64,000 nt of DNA, taken from positions 60,016,001-60,080,000 of the forward strand of contig OX597821.1 of assembly GCA_951406725.2 (NCBI GenBank). Direction: 5' to 3'. Positions 1-13,630 of the stretch are shown here, one piece after another. The notes under the pieces were generated by a model. It saw only the letters and a list, made by a program, of their open reading frames with translations, was not told where the DNA came from and made no database searches. The position numbers and the translations under genes are program-made. The DNA comes from Octopus vulgaris (taxonomy: Eukaryota). Position 1 is the stretch's first letter; the number at the start of each line of letters is the position of its first letter.

Positions 1-161
1 AATTTTGGTATGGTAACTGTCCATTGCTTACAACATACAAATGAATATTTAAGCTTTGAGAACATCACATAATGAATATTATTTATACATGTTTATAGTT
101 ATCAAACAGTAGACAAGTGAAATGACAGTTATGGTTATATAGTTTATAAAGTATAGTAATA

Positions 162-381
162 TCGGTTTCAAATTTTGGCACAAGGCCAGCAATTTCAGGG
201 CAGCAGGTAAATCAAGTCAATTACATTGACCCCATTGCTCAACTGGTTCTTATTTTATCAACCCCGAGAAGATAAAAGGTAAAGTTGACCTCAGTGGAAT
301 TTGAACTCAAAACATAAAGATGGATAAAATATTCTTAAGCATTTTGCTTAGTGAACTAATGATTCTACCAGCTTGTTGCCT
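162..381 (-). mobile_element. tRNA-derived SINE, family B
   Basis: Reverse complement matches the repeated unit ...gagttcaaattcc..gaggtcaactttacctttt...aagtaccagttgagca.tggggtcaatgtaatt...gaaattgctggccttgtgccaaaatttgaaacc, seen about 10 times in the window; B-box-like GAGTTCAAATTCC. Confidence 0.85.
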
Positions 382-464
382 TATAAACCAAAGTAATATT
401 AATCAGTAATATAATTCTATAATTCAGAAAAAGAAAAAAGAAAAGAAAATATTACCATATAAAA

Positions 465-500
<36 letters not shown>

Positions 501-1521
501 CATATATACACACACACATATATATTAAATTCTTTTTTTTTTTTGACACAGGTCTATTTTTTGGCTACCAATTCTTACCAGCTTACTTCATGCAGCACAC
601 ACACAGATATTTATTTTCATTACATCCTACACTGTCCTGGCTACTACCATCCACAACATTCTCACACTAGATAATTCTTTACTCAGTTTTCATCAACCAA
701 TTTCTAACCACCTTGGCCTATCTTTATACTTTGGCTAAAACACAAAGTTATCTCAAATCAGTGAATCAGTCATACAAAGTAGCAACCTAATTTTCAATAC
801 ACCACAGCATTACCTTGTTCATAATTCACATATCTACATTACCTGAAAGAAAGATCTGATGTCACTAATTCCAAGCAGCTTTCCCAGCTCACAATTTTAA
901 ATACCATGATTTAAATAACATTAAAATCTAAATATTTTCCCTGGTATACTCACTTGTTCTATAAGAGATATTTAAGTACAATGAACACAGCAAAAGTAGC
1001 AATAATCCTATTAAAGATTAAATATTATCTCACTCAGCGAAACCAGTTGGTTTGAAAGAAATTTGGTTAGCCAAAATGGCTGGTGATATATATTCTGTGG
1101 AGGAGACCAGTTATCAAGTTAGCTGATATCTGTGTAGTATTGCTTGACTGTACAGATAACTCAGATTCTAGCCTAGTAAGCATGACATTGTGATAAACAT
1201 TCTGCATCTAACAAAATGGCATATTTTTTTTTCTTTGGTGAAGGAATGGAATGAAAACTATTAGACTTCATTAATATAGTCTTTTTTTTTCTCTCATTGA
1301 AGTCAATATGAACCAATTTTTCAGTAAATATTGAAAGAAAATACAATCTTCAATAGAAATAAGACAGAGCCAACAAAATACTCAGTTAAGACATATACAT
1401 ACATGTACAGAGCCATAGATAGAAAATCATTGTGTGACCAGATTATTTTTATTTTAGGGTAGCAAAGTTACATTCTGACTGCATCCATAGAGTATTCTAC
1501 CATCTTTTCTCGTACTTTTAT

Positions 1522-1559
1522 TTTTCCTGATGAAGGACTAGTACCAGAAACATCAAGAG
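1522..1559 (+). ncRNA. Decayed minimal type I hammerhead ribozyme motif
   Basis: CTGATGA-A-GG(actagta)CC-A-GAA-ACAT-C-AAGAG. Core boxes present; stem III ACAT is probably CpG-decayed ACGT; stem I weak. The downstream tail resembles those of the other hammerhead elements. Confidence 0.5.
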
Positions 1560-1852
1560 TCTTTCCCTTCTTTTTAGGTGTTAAACTAATAGAACATTTA
1601 TTAAAACTTGTCCCTCTAGTGTTGATTTCCGTTTGTACTTATTGTTTACTAATACCTATTTAGATTAACTCTGGCAAGAAAATCAATCAGTTACTTTCAG
1701 CATTTACCACTTTAGTCGAGCAAATCGACCCCAGGACTTATTCTTTGTAAGCCTAGTACTTATTCTATTGGTCTCTCTTGCCAAACTGCTAAGTGTCAGG
1801 GAGGTAAACACAGACACACAAACATATATATACATACATATATATATATATA

Positions 1853-2031
1853 TGTGTGACTGCGATTTTTTTCTCCTTCGTCTTCCCTTCTTTGGATGTT
1901 TCCTTTTCCTATGTTTCTGACGAAGAGCTCCGCTCGAAACGTTAAACATTCCTTCTTTCCTATAACACTATACTTGTTCCACGTCCTCATGTTGTAGTGT
2001 TTTCTCTTTGTGTTTTCATGTTTGGATTAAC
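1853..2031 (+). mobile_element. Short hammerhead-containing element (Penelope-like terminal repeat remnant) in a (TA)n tract
   Basis: Pyrimidine-rich ~180 bp insert flanked on both sides by (TA)n; contains the intact hammerhead at 1911-1949. Confidence 0.7.
1911..1949 (+). ncRNA. Minimal type I hammerhead ribozyme motif, intact
   Basis: ATGTTT-CTGACGA-A-GAGC(TCC)GCTC-GAA-ACGT-T-AAACAT: 6-bp stem I, CUGANGA, 4-bp stem II, GAAA, palindromic ACGT stem III, GUU triplet (predicted cut after 1943). Confidence 0.8.
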
Positions 2032-2293
2032 TATATATATATATATATAAATATATATATAAATAAAGAAAGGCTTCTTTCAGTTTCTATCTACCAAATT
2101 CACTCGCAAGGCTTCGGTTGGCTCAAGGCTATAGCAGAAGACACTTGCCCAAGGTGCCACACAGTGAGACTGACCCCAAAACCATGTGGTTGGTAAGTAA
2201 GCTACTTACCACACAGCCACTCCTGTGCCTATATGAGTAAATAAAGAATATACGAAAGTGAAAGAAAATGGACTATAGCTTTATCGTTTGTAT

Positions 2294-2730
2294 TTTACTT
2301 GTTTAAAAAGCATTGGACTGTGGCCATATTGGGACACCACCTTGAAGGGTTTTAGTCAAACAAATTAGCTTAAGTAATTCCTTTTAAATCTGATACTTAT
2401 CCTTTTAATCTCATTTAGCAAACTGCTAGGCTATGGGGATGTAAACAAACCAACATCAGTTTTAAGTGGTAGTAGAGAACAAACACAAAATCATATATAT
2501 GATGGGCTTCCACACAGTTTCCTCCCACTAAACTCACAAAGTATTGTATTGACCAGGGCTACATATGGAAATGTTAGTATATTTATATATTATGTTCCTA
2601 TAAATGAAACAGTAGACCAGTGGCAAAGCTAGAGTGTGTGCTTGGGATAACCCTTAAGTTTTCACTTTGCAGTGGGGCTGAACCTGAAACTATGTGGCCG
2701 CAAAGCAAGCCTCTTAACCACACAGCCATG
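2294..2730 (-). mobile_element. SINE family A, older copy
   Basis: Same head and 3' modules as other family A copies, more diverged. Confidence 0.75.
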
Positions 2731-2999
2731 TCTCTGTCTCTAAATTGCAGTATTGCTTGGCTACATAGAGACTGGAACACTTGACCTCCAGTTTACTAGA
2801 CTGGTGATCTAATCAACTGCTAATTTTATAACAGTTGAATCAGAAATATATCTTTGAGCTCTGAAATATATACGAATATACTTGAACTTCTTTGAGTTGC
2901 TCATATTGCAATTAATAAACAACATAGCTTTTATATCTTTTAGTCAACTTCTAAGTAGTTGATATTGGTAACAAATTTCAACTCACAGTATTTAAGTTC

Positions 3000-4700
3000 A
3001 AAATTAACCTAAAATGAAAGCTGACAACTAGGATCTTGACTCTGATATAGAGAAAATGAGGACAAACAAAAATGTAAAAGAAGACTTTATGTGAGAATGT
3101 AGAAATAGATTTGCCATTCTACAGACATTAATTGATGAAGAGGAAAGTGGGAGAGGTGTGCAATGATATTCAAGACATTCTACAAGAAGTAGCAAAAGTA
3201 ATATTTGAAAGTGGAGGAAGAACTATGAGGGAAAGATAGATTGAAAATGAAAAAAAAAAAGAAAAAGAAAAAAGGAGCATGATACAGAAAAGATAGAAAA
3301 ACTCAAATGTGAAACTCTAAGTAATTATGACCAAAGATTGCTTATTTTAAGAAGTGAATAGGCAGACCTTAATAGCAAAGTAAGAAGACTCACCAAGTAC
3401 GATAAGAGGAAGTACTTGAATGACATTGAGGGTAATACTCAAATAAAAAGAAGGAAAGGGAAGAATACCAGATTAGCTTATAAATCAATTAAAGAAATTA
3501 CAGACATGATTATAAAATAAAAATAAAAAACAAACAAACAAACAAAGCTCACAATTAGAGTTACACAAGGGAACCTGCTGACTATGGATAAAGAAATAAA
3601 GAACAGATGAAAAGCAGCAGTAGTAGTAGTAGTATAGAACAGATCAATTCCACAAGATGAAGAAAATATTCTCAGATCTGAAAAGGATCTGGACATTGAA
3701 ACAAGGGAAATTACATTAGCTGAGACCAGAAATTATATAAAGTAGTTAAAGGATTATAAATCATGGGATTGTATCCAAAATAGTAAAAGCTGATGTGTAG
3801 ATGTGTACTAAAAATACCCCCCAAAATAACAAAAAAAAAACCCCCATTTAACTATGTCTGAGGAGCAGGTAAAATTCTCACAGAATGAGTTGGGGGTAAG
3901 AAATGTAATTCAAATATCTAAGAAGAGAGAGAGAGATACACGAGTTTAGGAACCAGAGAAGTATTAATCTGTCACAATGGTCTTAAAGGATGATCTGCAG
4001 AGTAATCAGAGTAATTTTAAATGGAACTGAACCCAGTGTTGAGATTCTAAAGAAGGAGTAAATGAATTTCAGAAGTGGGTAGAGGAGAGGAGGATATGAT
4101 GATGAAATGCTTACAATAAGTCAAATGGGAAGAAGATGTCATTTCGCTAATATTTGGTTGATTTCCATAAGGCTTTTCATAGTAAGTACTCTACAACACT
4201 ACCAAAAGATAATAAAAAGATCTGACATGCCTCAAAATATCCATCCATTCATTTTCTCAGCCCATTACTTCTGGAAGGGTCAGGAGGTGGAGATGTTTAA
4301 GTTTTCAGGCACCTCCTCTATAGGGTCCTATCAGAAGCAACTGTCATTACACTTTCCAGCCGGATTCCCAAACATGTCCAACAGAAACTGTAGATATTAT
4401 CCAAACATCTCACTCTTGGTCTATCCCTAGATCTTCTGCCAGTTGGCTCAGCTTGAAGAATCCAACTTGCAATTCTTTCCAGCAAGATTCTAATCACATC
4501 TCCATAGTTTAACCTGGAGAGACTTGAAATATACTGACACAAATTCAAATGTGTATGAAGGGACTGCATGTCAGGTCATAGAGGATGGAACTCTCAGTGA
4601 AGCATTTGAGATCAATGATATTCAGAGAGATACACTCTCTTTGGTACATATTGTGTTGGTATGTGATTATGTGATGGATGATGTCCCATCAAACAAAAAC
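3000..4700 (+). pseudogene. Highly decayed RTE-type LINE ORF2 fragment (linker and RT N-terminal half)
   Basis: Broken frames give DKRKYLNDIE, EIKNR, LDIETREITLAE, VDFHKAF and VYEGTACQVIEDGTLSEAFEI, matching RTE ORF2 motif order; many stops and frameshifts. Confidence 0.6.
4250..4520 (-). pseudogene. RTE LINE 3' end inserted antisense in the older RTE fragment
   Basis: Minus-strand ORF reads ERIASWILQAEPTGRRSRDRPRVRCLDNI, resembling the RTE C-terminal GxRxRGRPxxRWxD motif. Confidence 0.7.
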
Positions 4701-4790
4701 TATATCTATACTATAATAAATAAAATGGCTTATTGATTAGTTTGAAGTATGTAACCTTTACTAAAAGAAAGCAGTCAGTAAAGTCTACAC

Positions 4791-5040
4791 TTGAGGTTTT
4801 CAACTAGGGTCCACATGTGGTTGTTCATATAAGATCTTGTTAAAACTTATGTGAAATATATTGGTTAATGCTTCTACAATTCACAAAATATTTAATAAAT
4901 TTTTTTATAGAATTCCTAATAATATTTAATTATAAAAATATAATGGGATTTTTTTTTTCAAATGGCTATAATGGTTGAACCAAAGGAAATACGAATTAAA
5001 AGGGGTCCATAGGCAAAAAAAAAATGGTCAAAAACCACTG
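4791..5040. mobile_element. hAT-like MITE (same family as 59577-59824)
   Basis: Ends ..ggttttcaactagggtcc.. and ..aaaaccactg; imperfect 8-bp flanks gtctacac/atctaccc. Confidence 0.55.
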
Positions 5041-5804
5041 ATCTACCCTCTGTGTGCACGTGTGCATAACTTATAGAATTAATTCACAAATGAGACAGAG
5101 TGGAATTATGTCAATAGTTAGATTACAGATGTTCAATGTAACTCTTTTTATATCTGTTCTGTTAAGAAATAAAAGAGTAGTGAGTGTGTAACTATTTAGG
5201 AATTTTAAAATAGTTGACTTGACACTTCCATGATATAACCGTCTCATTTTCAGCACAGATTTTGTTAAGTCACTTGCCAAGTGAGTTAGGGTACAACTCT
5301 GAAATTCATAATCAGAAATGGTTACTTGTTTATCTATAACTGTAATATACACATACATATGTACCTACTTCTTTCTTGGTCAACAAATAGACAGGTGGTC
5401 ATTTTTGCTTTTCTTTCTTTCTTTTTTTTTTGTTTAGTTTAGATAAATACCTATCTACATTGTACGCAAACAATATAAAAGATACAAATACCAAGAGAAA
5501 TATCAACAGCCAAAGAAACTAGTTAAATGTGTTTCACATAAGTGTAACTTTTGTCAGGCTCAGTAACAAAAAGTAGACATCTCTTATAAAGGAAGTATTT
5601 ACTAAGGCATGCAAACAATGCAAACATTTGGAATAGAATAACAACAACAAAAACATAAGTAAAATAAAAATGAAAATACACTAAAATTCTCCAAACATTT
5701 AGGATTATAGGTTACAAAAAGAATTAGTGATTTATTACATTATCCTTAAATTACTAGGCATCACTACAAGATAAAATTATATATAATATATAAATTCTTC
5801 AAAT

Positions 5805-5961
5805 GGCATGGCTGCATGGTTAAGAAGCTTTTATTAAGAAATAAAAGAGAAGTGAGTGTTCAATCTCACTGCACAGCACCTTGGGCGTGTGTCTTCCACT
5901 ATAGCCCTGGGTTAACCAATGCCTTGTGAGCAACTTGGTAGACGGAATTGTGTGGAAGACC

Positions 5962-6002
<41 letters not shown>

Positions 6003-6165
6003 GTCTATGAGTGTATGTCTTTGTGTTTGTCATTCACCCCATTGCTTGACAACTAGTGTTGGCCTGTTTGCGTCTTCATAACTTAGCAATTTGACTAAAG
6101 AGATCAATGGAATAAGTTCCAGGCGTGAAAAAGACATATGTCCTGGGGTTTATTTGATTGGCTAA
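5805..6165 (+). mobile_element. SINE family A
   Basis: ggcatggctg..ggttaagaagc head, caccttgggc..gtgtctt core, (TA)n tract, 3' module. Confidence 0.8.
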
Positions 6166-6474
6166 AATAAGTAAAAAGAAAGAAATTAATCTCATTTATT
6201 ATAAAAATGAAAGAGCGAGACATTGGAATAATCTGTGAAAAATATATATTAACATAGCTCTAAGCCAAGGATAGAACTTTTCTAAAGCAACAAAAGAAAG
6301 AAAAAATGTGTGTGCTACAGAATGGCTCTGGTGTACAAGCATTTCCATACATCAGTACAAATATAACTTATCTATTCTGGTACTAATGCGATCTGATGGA
6401 ATATGCTAAATAGTAAATAATTTGTGGATTGTATATGTACAGAAACCTAGGTGAAGGTTTCCCAGACATGTGAT

Positions 6475-6757
6475 CTTTGGATCAGTCTCAAAGCAAGCAC
6501 ATTGGGCAAGTACCTTCTACTATAGTGCCAGGCTGACCAAAGCCTCGAGTGAATTTGGTAGATAGAAACTGAAAGAAGCTTGTCATGTGTGTGCCTGTCT
6601 TGACATCATGTGGTGGTTGTAAAAGTTTGTTTCTAGTCTTCCACAAAAAGCATGTTTGGTTATAGGGAACTATTACCTTGCTTGGAAATAGGTGAGGGTT
6701 GCTGTAGAAAATCTATCTCAACAAATTCCATGGAAACGTAGACATTAAATGATGATT
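6475..6757 (+). mobile_element. Chimeric SINE: family A head with family C (TGA-tailed) 3' end
   Basis: Family A core followed by ..ccttgcttggaaataggtgagggttg..catggaaacgtagacattaaatgatgat. Confidence 0.65.
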
Positions 6758-8189
6758 AGTAGATCTGTTTATTTTCTCACAGTTACACATAACTAAAATT
6801 TGTTGTAGAATATGTTTCATAAATTAAAAATATTTCTAGGAATGAGTGGAACAGTTATTTTACAGACCTGTCATTGAAACAGAAATGATGGCATTCATTT
6901 TTGGCGGATCATGAACAGAACAAGTCAGGTAGAGAGAGCAATATACTATTGAACCAATAGCAAGATGTAGAATAACAAAATAATCAGTCAACATTTCTTA
7001 GAAATAGCCAAGTAGAAATTATCTGTGACAAACTAACCTTAGTTGATAAAAAATATTTAATCATAATCTTGTACAAAAGAATTACCATTTTTTTGTTCTA
7101 ATAATCTATAAGAAAATCTATAAAAGCTGAATAGCAGGAGTATCCAAGAGAGTTCTGAATTGTATCTTCAAAGTCAGAAGATTTTTCATTGTTCACTTAG
7201 TGGCCTAATATAATGAAAATTAAATTTCAGAATAAATAACAGAGATCATATTGATTTTAAGTCTGAGAATTGTTAGATGTCATTTAATGACATTTTACCC
7301 AGTAAATGTCAGTTCCTTGTATACACCTCTACCCTTCGAAATATTAGCGATAATCTATGCTGGTTTTAACTGTTTCTGGAGAACAACAGTTCCATTAGAT
7401 CAATACTGGTTTTATAATTTTGGTTGCAGCTTGACTTAGGAATCTCAAAGTTTTCAAATTCCCAACTGCCACATAAACTTGCAAAGGCAAATAAAATGAA
7501 TATGTAAAATAGAAGAGAATCATGATAAAATATTTTATCAACACATTATTTGCAGCTGCATCTCATTTCAGTGAAAATCCTTCTGATGGCAAGAATAAAT
7601 AACTAATCAATAAAGTAAGTAATTAAGATTAGTCACTAGAATCAGTTGGCTAATGAATATCTGTGTTAGCATGAATTAGATTGGAAATTAAAGTGGAATG
7701 AAAGCAGTACATGTTCATGGTACTACAAGATAGAGTTTGGGGGTCTGGGTGGCACCTTTTGTTGGAGAAGTTATTTCCACCCATAACAAAAGCCCCACCA
7801 CTTGAAATGTACTTTATCTCAAATAAACTGAAATCTATTTTAAGTTTTGATCTAATTTAAATTCATTTATCATTAGAACATAAGAATTAAGAAGAAAAAA
7901 AAGAAAAAAAACTTTTGAATATTTCAGAGATGTGATTAATAATGTTTTACAGTGAGACAGCTAAAGATTAACATGGTCAAGCACAAAACTTCCAGGAAGT
8001 TCTAAAATTGAAATGGATTTATATAAAATATGTTTATTATTGAGAGTTAATGTTTATCAAGATTTTCTTGCAATTTTTTTAACCATAAATGAATAAAAAT
8101 TATATTCCTTTACATAAAACATTTTATGACATTTTTAATGATTCTCCAACTGGTACAACATCATACCACCACACCACCACCACCACCAG

Positions 8190-8580
8190 TCAATGTCCAC
8201 TTTTCTGCTTGCATGGCTCAGATGGAATGTGTTGAGGCAGACTGTCAACAACTGGATGCCCTTCTAGTTGCCAACTCTTACCTGTTTCCAAGTAAGCAAT
8301 AGTTCTCTTTGGCCAGGTATATTTTCACAGAATATTGGAAATCAATGACATTCATTTACAACTATCATGCAACGTGAAAACAAGAAGTCAGAAATATACA
8401 TTCATACACACATGTATGATAGGCTTCTTTCAGATTCCTCTTACCAAATTCACTCACAAGACTTTAGTCAGCCCAGAGCTGTAGTAAAAGTCATTTGCAA
8501 TGGTGCTACACAGTAGGACTAAACTCAAAGCCATGTGACTGGGAAGCAAACTGCTTAACCATACAACCATGCCTGCACCT
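8190..8580 (-). mobile_element. Chimeric SINE A/C
   Basis: Reverse complement of the architecture at 6475-6757. Confidence 0.65.
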
Positions 8581-8859
8581 ATATAGAAATTAGCTCATTC
8601 ATGTGTATACTTGTCAGCCTTTTTTTATTAAATATATATATAGCTTTAATCTTTATTTTACTATATTTCTAATGAAATACACTGCCATTGAAAGATTTAG
8701 TGAAATAATTTTGTTATTATCAAGCTGGTGTTTGGAACACAGGAAATTTGTAACATAGAACCAGGACAGTCTCTGGTAGGTTAATATCAAAAGGTTTACA
8801 CTGTTACATTCTAGTCAGAACAGTCTGGTTGAAATGGAAATTTGCTGACAAGTAACAAC

Positions 8860-9080
8860 TCAAGCTGGACGTACTGCTAGCTACTTATAATGAGTTGTAC
8901 CTGGATTTTAAAGGGCTAGCCTTGTCATAATCTGTGTCACATTGAATCTCCTTGAGAACTACGTTAAGGATATGTGTGTTTGTGGAGTGTTCAGCCACTT
9001 GCACATTAATTTCACAAGCAGGCTGTTCTGTTGATTGGACCAATTAGAACCCTCATTGTCATAACCTACAGAGTATCAGT
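8860..9080 (+). mobile_element. Probable SINE 3' fragment of another family
   Basis: Locally GC-richer block ending ..cagccacttgcacattaatttcacaagcaggctgttctgttgattggacc..; resembles molluscan SINE bodies by recall only; single copy in window. Confidence 0.35.
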
Positions 9081-9199
9081 CTTAAAATAGGTCTTCATTG
9101 AAATAGTACACCTTGGAAAATCAAATGAAATCAGTAAGTTTCATATCAAACGGCAGATGTTAGAGAGGGGTACCAAATATAAATGTTAGAGAAGGTACC

Positions 9200-9234
<35 letters not shown>

Positions 9235-9333
9235 ATAAAGGCAGTGCTCCAGCAAGGCCACAGTCAAATGACTGAAACAAGTAAAAGAGTATATATACAC
9301 AAATATATACACACAGGTATATATATATATATA

Positions 9334-9568
9334 TGTTGATTCGCTAGCCTCTGCACGCATATTTTTTTTCTCTCCTTCTTTCTGTGTTTTTTCTCTGTGT
9401 ATCTTTCTGTTGAAGAGCGTAGGCTCGAAACGTTAAAGACTTGTTTTATTTATATTTCCTGAGCGCCATACTAATACAATTGTTTGTTTGTATTCAACCT
9501 GCCTTCGTCTTTTGTTTATTTCCGTAAACCTGCCTTCGTCTTTTGTCTATTTTCATAAAGCTTCCCGT
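9334..9568 (+). mobile_element. Short hammerhead-containing element in a (TA)n tract
   Basis: Flanked by (TA)n; hammerhead-like motif at 9402-9439; homologous to 14268-14450 and 39745-39948. Confidence 0.7.
9402..9439 (+). ncRNA. Minimal type I hammerhead-like motif with A6U core variant
   Basis: TCTTT-CTGTTGA-A-GAGC(GTAG)GCTC-GAA-ACGT-T-AAAGA. Confidence 0.65.
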
Positions 9569-9609
9569 TATATATACATATATATATACACACACACATA
9601 CATATATAC

Positions 9610-9755
9610 AATGGGCTTCTTTCAGTTTCTGTCTACCTAATCCACTCACGAGGCTACAGTAGAAGACACTTGCCCAAGGTGCCACGCAGTGGGACTGAAC
9701 CTGGAACCATGTGGTTGGTAAGCAAGCTGCTTACCACACAGCCACTCCTATGCCT
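9610..9755 (-). mobile_element. SINE family A head
   Basis: gggcttctttcagtttc..gacacttgcccaaggtgccacgcagtgggactgaacc..accacacagccactcct. Confidence 0.85.
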
Positions 9756-9834
9756 ATATATATATTTTTTTTATTATCTAGTTTCAGCTCAGAGCTGCGG
9801 CCATGCTGATGCACCGCCGTGTATATATATATAT

Positions 9835-9865
<31 letters not shown>

Positions 9866-10509
9866 AAGAACTGTTTTGAATTAAGGGACATTGTGTTATT
9901 TTTGCTGAATAGCAAAGCACAACAAAATTAAAGGAATTTATTTTAACGAGAAATAGAAGTCAAATTCTATAAATAATATATATATTGCCAAAAGTAAAAA
10001 AAAAAAAATCTCATGAGAGCAAAAATATCTGAAAACTATGATTTATATTATTTCTTAATAAAGTGTTATCTATATTAAACAATAGCATTAATAGTTAAGT
10101 TAGGAAAACAAAAATAATTCATAAATTAATATGAAATGCCAAGATGAATAAGAATGGGATTTCTTGTGGATGATATGCATACAAACACACATATACACAA
10201 ATGCATATACCTTCTCATATACTTGTGCAAGCGTGTGTGTGTGTATGTGTGCATGCATGTGTGTATGTGTGCGTGCATGTGTGTATGTACAGGCTCATTT
10301 TTAAAAAATAGCTTTTTCAGTTATACTCTTTGTAGATGAAATAATGAAAAAAGCTGATTTTTCTTCCTACTGCTATCAAATCCATAGAATGATTAGACCA
10401 TTTTCTTTTGAAATTATCATCAGCATCATCATTTACATGAGGAACTGGAGCACCTTTTTCATTATCATCATCATCATCATCATTTTTAGTGTTAAGACTA
10501 CTACTATTT

Positions 10510-10722
10510 CTCTAATGAGAATGATGATGATGATAATAATAATGATGACAATAATAATAATGATAATAATAATAATGATGATAATAATAATATTAATGAT
10601 GATAATAATAATGCTGATGATGATGATGATAATGATGATAATAATAATAATAATGATGATAATAATAATAATAATGATGATGATGATGATGGTAATTATG
10701 ATAATAATAATAATGATAAGAA
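10510..10722. repeat. Compound (ATA)n/(ATG)n trinucleotide microsatellite
   Basis: About 210 bp of ataata/atgatg; source of the poly-I/M ORFs. Confidence 0.95.
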
Positions 10723-11431
10723 GAAGAAAAGGAAGAATATTCATCATCTTCATTACCCTCTTTATTTAGCACATATTCATCATTATTTCATTATCAGTAT
10801 GAATTACTTTTACCATCATTATTTCATTATTATTATTATCATTGTCTTCCTTATCTTCAGCATTATCACCGTTATTAATTATCTTTACTATTAGTTTCTT
10901 ATGACTGCCATCATCATCATCATCATCATTTTATCAGGATTATCATCATCCTCATCACCACCACCAGTCATCACCATCACCATAATTTTATTAGGATTAT
11001 CATAATCATCAATTTCATTTTTCTCTTAAAAATATTTCGAGGGTGGGGGGGGGAATAAAAAAACTAAGGGATGTTTTAAAAGAACTCAATAAACACACAC
11101 ACACGTTCTCCGGTTAATGTGAAGAAATCAATAAGACAGTATAAAAATCTATAGAGCTGCTCTTATAGCGGTAGTTGTTATTGTTGTTGTTACCTTAGAG
11201 GCACGGAGAAAGTAAAAGTAGTAGTAGTAGTAGTAGTAATAGTAGTGGTGGTGGTGGTGGTGATAGCAGCAGTGTGTGTCCAAGCTGACTGTCACATTAA
11301 TAAAGTCCCCTTGCCTAACTACCTACCAACCTATCTACTGTAAATGCCAGCCTGCAAGTACAGCACACACTTGGACAAGTGTGTCCAGCTTCATAGGAGA
11401 AATAGAGAAAGGTGCAGAGTCAGAAGTATAA

Positions 11432-11432
<1 letters not shown>

Positions 11433-11476
<44 letters not shown>

Positions 11477-11486
11477 AGGGAGGAGA
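11433..11486. repeat. (GA)n/(GGGA)n purine tract
   Basis: Direct reading. Confidence 0.9.
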
Positions 11487-11678
11487 CAGAGAACTGGAGA
11501 CCAATGTTCTGATAACAGTTCAGATGCACAAATTCTCAGCATTCAGAGATGGTAATATTGATTACTACCTCTCTCTCAGCTCTCTTTTCTACATGAGAGA
11601 GAGAGAGAGAGATGGAGGGAAAGAGAGAAAAAGAAAGAGAGAATTAGAGTATAAGTATGGTTGCGTGTGTTCCGTGCA

Positions 11679-11709
<31 letters not shown>

Positions 11710-13568
11710 CACGTGAGAGTAAAGCATGTTTTGAGTGTATATTTGAGTGTGAATGTAATGTGTGTGTGTGTGTGTGTATACATATGTGAATAGCAATATG
11801 TGTGTGAACAAACGAGTGTTTGAGAGTACGTATGGTTGTACATGTGCATGTGTGTGTGTGCCTGCACATGTGTGTGAACATATCTGTTCATGTGTTTGTG
11901 TAATAATCTCTCAGTTCAGATATGCGTGTGTGTGTGTGTGTGTGCGAACGTGTCCATGCCACTTTAGGCAGAGAGAAAAAGGAAGCAGCAGCAGCAGTAA
12001 CATACATCATTAAAAAGAAGAGGCTGGGGAAAGTGGAGGAGAAAAATGAGAGAGAAACCGAAGAGAGAGGGATGGCGGTGGCAGTAGTGGTGGTGGTAGT
12101 GGGGACAAAACCCAAGAGTTTGGGAAGAGTTAAGAGTTCAGCGCATGTGAAACCAGTAGCAAAGGGGTTACTCGTGTCCACTGAAGGAGAGGAACTAGCT
12201 CAGAGCAAACATAGTGGTAGTGCTTGCCAAACATTCCATGCTAACTCAGACCATTCCACAAAACCATGAGAAAGGAATCTATTGTTCTCAAAGAAACAAC
12301 AATGCTTCCATAAAGCTCCCCCCCACCCCCACTGTCCACCCCACCTACCCCCCTCTTCCAGACACAAGGGTAAAACAAATGTTTACCAAATCTATTACTT
12401 CTTATGTTTTGCCTTGCTTGCTTTTATTATTTATTATCCTCCCCCCCACCAAAATGTTCAGTTGATGTTTGTTTTGTTTTGTTTTGTTTTGTTTTTTTTT
12501 TGTTTTTTATTCCAATACTTTCTTCTCCAAATGGAATGAGAAATACTTTTAAAAATATTAGATGAAAGTGTTTGTAAAAATAAATATTTCTGTTTTAATA
12601 AAGAAAATTTTAATAAACTGCCACCACCATCACTGCCACCACTACCACTACCACTACAATAATTCTGGTGATATTCCTGATAATAATTCCTAAAATGCAT
12701 GGCCTGTTCTTTTTTTTTTTTTTCCTTCTTTTTAAGTGGAATAGCTAATAACTGTTTTATTTCCTTTGATATTTTACTACTAAAACCATGATTTTTAGTA
12801 CTATCAAACCATGATTAAAACGTAGATCATTTAAAGCCTATATTTAACAAAAAAAAAAAGAGGACAAAAATTAATAAGAAAATTTGAAAAGAATAAATTA
12901 ATTATTCTTTAATGAGACAAAGTAAAGACAAAAATGAATTTATTACTCTGGATCTGGAGAGAACACACTCACTCACACACACACACACAGACGTACACAT
13001 ATGCACAAACACATGCAGGGTTTCCTTTGTTTCTATATGCTAAAATTACACATGTGTACACAAACCCATGTTTTAAGGTTTATATTTTCACTTTGAAATT
13101 TCTCCATCACTAAAATATTATTCATCTTTTCAATTTGAAACAACTTTGTAGTAAAATTCTGATTGCACAAAGCACTTAAATTATACAAATACATAAAAAA
13201 AAAAAAAAAATATATTTGTATAGTTGTTCTAACTTATAATACTTGGAAATATATTTTTACTAATAGTAAAAACTCAGTCTTTGACAACAATGTACTGAAG
13301 AACAAACACACACACATCCTTACAGCGTATCATATACATAATATTAAAACACAGCTACAACACATTTTGAATAATTTTCTGTGAAATGTTCCTGGTTTAT
13401 GGATTTTTATTTTTTATTGTCCAACACTGGGAGAGAGAGAGAGAGAATGTGCAGAGTGACTAGTACAAGGAACAAAAGCAAAAAATTCAAGACAAAAATT
13501 ATTGAAAATGCATTAGTCATGTTTCTAATACTCATGCCTTGAAGACAAAAAGCTGCTCCCATCTATAC

Positions 13569-13629
<61 letters not shown>

Positions 13630-13630
<1 letters not shown>

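Larger units (their letters stand above)
1705..2231 (-). mobile_element. tRNA-derived SINE family A, interrupted in its internal (TA)n tract
   Basis: Head (rc ggagtggctgtgtggtaagtagcttacttaccaaccacatggttttggggtcagtc) at about 2070-2231, 3' module at 1705-1822, TA tract split by a ~180 bp insert. Confidence 0.85.

Noticed and set aside
814-842. 29-nt minus-strand micro-exon between tttctttcag and gtaatg
   Set aside because: Stop codons in all three frames and no supporting neighbouring exons.
10344-10769. Long poly-Ile/Met ORFs on both strands (also 47180-47469)
   Set aside because: Translations of (ATA/ATG)n microsatellites.
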